A program made the position numbers and the translations under genes. Below, in pieces: positions 8,291 through 11,146 of a stretch of 11,146 bases of DNA. Numbering within the stretch: position 1 is the first letter of the stretch; each line of letters starts with the position of its first letter. The stretch is from positions 1-11,146 of the forward strand of contig JAYVCD010000210.1 of assembly GCA_043750125.1 (NCBI GenBank), given 5' to 3'. The notes beneath the pieces were generated by a model that worked only from the letters and a program-made list of their open reading frames with translations, was not told where the DNA came from and made no database searches. The DNA is from Archangiaceae bacterium (lineage in GTDB: Bacteria > Myxococcota > Myxococcia > Myxococcales > Myxococcaceae).

Positions 8291-8320
8291 ATGATACGAG
8301 CGCGTTTGTCCAAGCGTCAA
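8291..8320 (-). promoter_or_regulatory. Sigma70-type promoter for the riboswitch leader
   Basis: -35 TTGACG (8320-8315), 18-nt spacer, -10 TATCAT (8296-8291). The predicted start near 8284 is about 10 nt before the aptamer P1. Confidence 0.7.
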
Positions 8321-8344
8321 CGGGACCTGCGCGCGCGCGTCAAC
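8314..8344. repeat. 8-bp direct repeat GTTGACGC (minus strand) with 23-bp period, flanking an alternating GC run
   Basis: gcgtcaac at 8314-8321 and 8337-8344; tgcgcgcgcgcgt at 8328-8340. The promoter-proximal copy contains the -35 hexamer. Confidence 0.5.
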
Positions 8345-8384
8345 AAGTCCGATGGGTAGACGTGCGGCGTTCGACTACTCCCGC

Positions 8385-8924
8385 CTACTCGATCACCCGG
8401 AACTCGACCCGTCGGTTTCTCGCGCGGCCTGCTTCGGTGTCGTTGCTTCCCAGCGGCGCAGATCGCCCCTTGCCCCGGGTGATCAGCCGCTCGCTCTTGA
8501 CCCCGCGCTGAATCAGCGCCTGCCCCACCGTCTGCGCGCGCTGCAGCGACAACTGCTGGTTGAACGCTTCGTCGCCGGTGGCATCGGTGTGACCTTCGAT
8601 CTGCACCCGCTTGATCTGGTCATTCTCATTGAGCAGCTTCGCGAGCAGCTCGAGCAGCTTTGCGTTCTTCGGCAACAGCTCGGCCGAGGCGACGTTGAAG
8701 ACGATTTTCCCGCGGATGTTGATCATTCCGCTTTCGATCTTGATCTGTGGAACGTCGGGACAGCCATCGCCATCGCCCCCGGGCTCTTCGGCCACATCGG
8801 GGCATTCGTCCTTGCTGTCGGCGATCCCATCCCCGTCGGTGTCTTTGCCGCCCAGATTTCGGCTGCTCGCCGCGCAGCCAACGCCGAGGGCAGCGATCAC
8901 CACGAGGAGGGCCCGAAGGTGCAT
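8385..8924 (-). CDS. OmpA-family peptidoglycan-binding lipoprotein with thrombospondin type-3-like Ca-binding repeat (179 aa)
   Basis: Start reassigned to ATG 8924: MHLRALLVVIAALGVG-C lipobox; DTDGDGIADSKDECPDVAEEPGGDGDGCPD (TSP3-like); OmpA_C motifs IEGHTDATG..FNQQLSLQRA and GRARNRRVEF. Confidence 0.93.
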   Translation of the reverse strand: MHLRALLVVIAALGVGCAASSRNLGGKDTDGDGIADSKDECPDVAEEPGGDGDGCPDVPQIKIESGMINIRGKIVFNVASAELLPKNAKLLELLAKLLNENDQIKRVQIEGHTDATGDEAFNQQLSLQRAQTVGQALIQRGVKSERLITRGKGRSAPLGSNDTEAGRARNRRVEFRVIE

Positions 8925-8952
8925 AGGCCGCAGTGTTAGCTCATCCTCAAGG

Positions 8953-8975
8953 GGCTCCCAATATTCTGGAGAGCC
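8953..8975 (-). terminator. Stem-loop after the methyltransferase remnant; possible terminator or mRNA 3' stabiliser
   Basis: Minus strand GGCTC-T-CCA-GAATAT-TGG-GAGCC, 4 nt after the TGA at 8980. There is no convincing U-tract. Confidence 0.35.
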
Positions 8976-8979
8976 GACT

Positions 8980-9123
8980 TCAATTTTCAAGCATCCGGCA
9001 GTAGCAGTAGACGAATTGCTGTGGAGCCGCGCCCGGCGTGGCGTGAACCTCGATCGTGCTCTCAACCTTCCGGAAGTCACGCCCGAACTCGCCGTGCAGC
9101 CCGCCAGCCGAGTGCGTCGGGCC
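8980..9123 (-). pseudogene. 3' remnant of a class I SAM-dependent methyltransferase gene
   Basis: The frame reads GPTHSAGGLHGEFGRDFRKVESTIEVHATPGAAPQQFVYCYCRMLEN*. This resembles the C-terminus of a widespread ~200-aa methyltransferase family (recalled pattern YS.E.LH.EFG..F..VES..E.H.TP.G..QQF.YC..R). An in-frame TGA lies at 9171-9169 and there is no usable start codon. Confidence 0.65.
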
Positions 9124-9143
9124 AATGACAGTGGAGCTCTGCG

Positions 9144-10451
9144 TTAGCCGTTTCTTACCAGTCGCCGCTCACCAGGCGCCTCGTGCCAAGCCAGCCCACG
9201 GCGTTGGAGCTCGGTCTCATAGAGCGAGCTGGAATGCAGGCGCTCAGACACCCAGACAGCGCACGCGGACGACAGCACCAGAGGAAGGACGATCGCGTAG
9301 TCACCCGAGAGCTCGAAGCCGAGAACTGCCGCCATGATCGGAGCGTGCGTCGTCGCAGCGCAAAGAGCGGCAAGACCCACCAGCGCGTACGCCGTCGCGG
9401 GAGCGACGTGACCTTCAGCAAACAAGTTGAGCGCGTTTCCATAAAGCGCCCCCAGACACGCACCCACCAACAGGGTGGGTGTGAAGACGCCGCCCGGAAG
9501 CCCGGATGAGACCGAGAGTGTGGTGGCCAGCGGTTTTGCCAGAAGCAGGGCCACCACTACCGTCAGAGGCATCTTTCCCGACAACAATTCAGACAGCGGC
9601 TCGAAGCCGTTACCGGCGACTTCAGGGAGCGCGATCGCGATCAACCCGACCCCCAGTGCTCCCAAAAGAATTTTCGGCAACAGGCTCAGGGAGCTGCCCC
9701 CGGCCGTCTGCTCGCCCTTGTTCAACAGCTTGATGAATCCGGCACCCACGACTCCGGCCAGAAGCCCCAATACTGCAAATGCCAACAGCTCGCCGTCGTT
9801 GACCAGCCTGAAGGCGCGCGCGCCGTAGATGGGCCCTTCCCCGATGGCCCAGCGCGTGAGCGTGCTCGCCAGCGCGGTCGCTACTGCCGCCGGCACGAGC
9901 ACATCGAGGGTGATGACACCGGCAACGACCTCAACCATGAACAACATCGCCGCCAACGGCGTGTTGTACGCCGCGGCGAACCCTGCCGCCGTTCCAGCTG
10001 CGACCAACGCGCGGTGTTGCTTGCCATCAAGTGAAAACCATCGGCTCAAGGAACTGCCGAGCGCGCCGCCAAATTGAATGAGAGGGCCTTCGCGACCGAT
10101 CGAGGCGCCGCCCCCCATCGCGATCCAGCTCGCCAGCGCCTTGAAGGCCGTCGCTGGCGCCGACATTGTTCCGCGGCCGATTGCGACCGCCTCCATCACC
10201 TTGCCCACCGAAGCGCTCTGCTTGAAGCGCGCAGAAAGTCCCAGCACGCCCCACGCAAGCACGCCGCTGCTCAGCGACAACAGCAGGCACTCCCACCAGT
10301 GCAGCCGGCGCAAGACATCGAGCAAGTTGCCCGTCCCAAATAGCAACTGCGAGGCGCTGTGAACGGAGGCACGAAATGCGATCGCGAAGGCAGCCGAGCC
10401 GAGCGCCACCAGCAGCAATGCCACAAAACCACGCAGGCGAGCATCACTCAT
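9144..10451 (-). CDS. ClC-family chloride channel / H+:anion transporter, no CBS domains (ClcB-like), 435 aa
   Basis: Multi-pass hydrophobic protein with ClC signatures GASIGREGPLIQFG, AGFAAAYNTPLAAMLFMVE, SGLPGGVFTPTL, AATTHAPI...FELSGDY and terminal SLYE. AGGGA lies upstream of ATG 10451. Confidence 0.95.
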   Translation of the reverse strand: MSDARLRGFVALLLVALGSAAFAIAFRASVHSASQLLFGTGNLLDVLRRLHWWECLLLSLSSGVLAWGVLGLSARFKQSASVGKVMEAVAIGRGTMSAPATAFKALASWIAMGGGASIGREGPLIQFGGALGSSLSRWFSLDGKQHRALVAAGTAAGFAAAYNTPLAAMLFMVEVVAGVITLDVLVPAAVATALASTLTRWAIGEGPIYGARAFRLVNDGELLAFAVLGLLAGVVGAGFIKLLNKGEQTAGGSSLSLLPKILLGALGVGLIAIALPEVAGNGFEPLSELLSGKMPLTVVVALLLAKPLATTLSVSSGLPGGVFTPTLLVGACLGALYGNALNLFAEGHVAPATAYALVGLAALCAATTHAPIMAAVLGFELSGDYAIVLPLVLSSACAVWVSERLHSSSLYETELQRRGLAWHEAPGERRLVRNG

Positions 10452-10518
10452 TCGTCGTCCCTACCGCGTCGCGTGTTGTCCCCATCCCCGCCCACTCAAC
10501 GCAGCACAACCCTCAGAG

Positions 10519-10647
10519 TCAACCCGGTGGCAAGGCCCTTGGATGCAGCCCTTTGTGCCCACCTCGAAGGAGATGGCCCGCGACGAGGTACAGCATCGCC
10601 TTCGAGAAATTGGTATCGAACACGAACTTGTAGATGACGCGCAACAT
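10519..10647 (-). CDS. Small hypothetical protein, 42 aa (MLRVIYKFVFDTNFSKAMLYLVAGHLLRGGHKGLHPRALPPG)
   Basis: ATG at 10647 with SD GAGGA 7 nt upstream, overlapping the TGA stop of the preceding gene. It fills the gap before the ClC gene and has GC-rich third positions. It is the 3' part of track ORF 10519..10995. Confidence 0.6.
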   Translation of the reverse strand: MLRVIYKFVFDTNFSKAMLYLVAGHLLRGGHKGLHPRALPPG

Positions 10648-10657
10648 CGGGGCTTCC

Positions 10658-11029
10658 TCAGGCCGGTTTTTGCTTTTCTTTTTCGGGCCAGGCGCCGTCT
10701 GGAACCATTCCGAGAAGCGTTGCGCGAAGGGTTTGAAGTGATCCATCCAGCGGCCAGCAGAACTGCGCCCCGGCGACAAGCGCTCGACGAGAGAGCCGCT
10801 CATCGGCGATCGGAAGAATGGCGATGATCGGCGTTCGAGGACCCCCAGCCGCCTGCGCGGACGCAAGGGTGCGGAATGGATCTCTGAGTGCGATGACGGC
10901 AAACACCAGGTCGGGCGCCTGATCCGGCTCGACGAGCTCGATGTCGAGCGCATCCTTGAACAGCGAGCGGAGCTCTTCATCCACCCAGCCGACAAGGACC
11001 ACCCGAATTTTCGACAGGTTCGAAGTCAT
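10658..11029 (-). CDS. Stand-alone atypical (pseudo-)receiver, CheY-like domain protein, 123 aa
   Basis: From ATG 11029: IRVVLVGWVDEELRSLF / PDLVFAVI / TPIIAILPIADERLSRRALVAGAQFCWPLDGSLQTLRATL follows the REC beta/alpha pattern. The acidic pocket, phospho-Asp, Thr/Ser and Lys are all substituted. Confidence 0.75.
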   Translation of the reverse strand: MTSNLSKIRVVLVGWVDEELRSLFKDALDIELVEPDQAPDLVFAVIALRDPFRTLASAQAAGGPRTPIIAILPIADERLSRRALVAGAQFCWPLDGSLQTLRATLLGMVPDGAWPEKEKQKPA

Positions 11030-11043
11030 GGTGGCGGTAGTCG

Positions 11044-11059
11044 AGCAAGTCCTGCGCCA
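11044..11059 (-). promoter_or_regulatory. Sigma54 (-24/-12) promoter
   Basis: Minus strand TGGCGCAGGACTTGCT versus consensus TGGCACG-N4-TTGCW, with exact GG-N10-GC spacing, just upstream of ATG 11029. Confidence 0.65.
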
Positions 11060-11116
11060 TGGCGGCAAAGGCGCGTCGCGAAGGACGTGCATCGCTTCAC
11101 GCCGTCAAGTGCGAGA

Positions 11117-11146
11117 GCGGCAGATGAATGACGAACTGACTGCCGC
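11117..11146. repeat. Inverted repeat GCGGCAG-N16-CTGCCGC (possible enhancer-binding-protein site or hairpin)
   Basis: Arms at 11117-11123 and 11140-11146, roughly 85-113 nt upstream of the predicted sigma54 start. It touches the window edge. Confidence 0.3.

Noticed and set aside
6384-8924. Possible traA/traB kin-recognition pair
   Set aside because: The MYXO-CTERM protein has no PA14-like domain or Cys-rich repeat stalk, the OmpA protein has no barrel, and the genes are in reverse order with a promoter between them.
8925-9125. N-terminal extension of the 246-aa OmpA ORF
   Set aside because: The lipoprotein signal starts at ATG 8924; the upstream DNA is better explained by the methyltransferase remnant in another frame.
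10452-10518. Fluoride riboswitch / CLC-F fluoride exporter
   Set aside because: The leader has GGGGATGG but lacks the pairing strand and GCTGATG element. The protein has GREGP, not the CLC-F GREGT, and lacks the GNNLI-type motif.
105-10827. Numerous long plus-strand and off-frame ORFs (e.g. 2698..3798, 3841..4761, 6372..7388, 8352..8939, 312..1013)
   Set aside because: They are shadow ORFs of high-GC coding DNA, fully overlapping well-supported minus-strand genes, with Arg/Pro/Ser-rich or antisense-type composition and no motifs.
10648-10995. 158-aa version of ORF 10519..10995
   Set aside because: The upstream part overlaps the receiver-like gene out of frame and is Ser/Arg-rich; only the last 42 codons have an SD-supported start.
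11027-11037. Kozak-like CCGCCACCATG at the receiver gene start
   Set aside because: The context is clearly bacterial, so this is a coincidence in GC-rich DNA.

Overview
High-GC bacterial DNA, very probably from a myxobacterium (Myxococcota; inferred from a MYXO-CTERM sorting signal, a TSP3-OmpA lipoprotein and DGG/DAG-rich secreted proteins). Every credible gene is on the minus strand. Reading right to left: (1) a sigma54-type promoter precedes an atypical receiver-domain protein, an unannotated 42-aa protein and a ClC-family anion channel/transporter with a degenerate selectivity filter; (2) a start-less 3' remnant of a SAM-dependent methyltransferase; (3) a small TSP3+OmpA-domain lipoprotein; (4) a sigma70-type promoter, a c-di-GMP-I (GEMM-I) riboswitch and an intrinsic terminator in the leader of a MYXO-CTERM beta-propeller surface protein; (5) a translationally coupled three-gene envelope module: a multi Ig/invasin-like protein, a ~1160-aa SdrD-B-like + very large outer-membrane beta-barrel protein with an SprA-like motif, and a secreted beta-rich protein that is absent from the ORF track and runs off the left edge. 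No mobile elements, CRISPR arrays, tRNA or rRNA were seen. All family assignments come from recognising motifs by eye, not from database searches.
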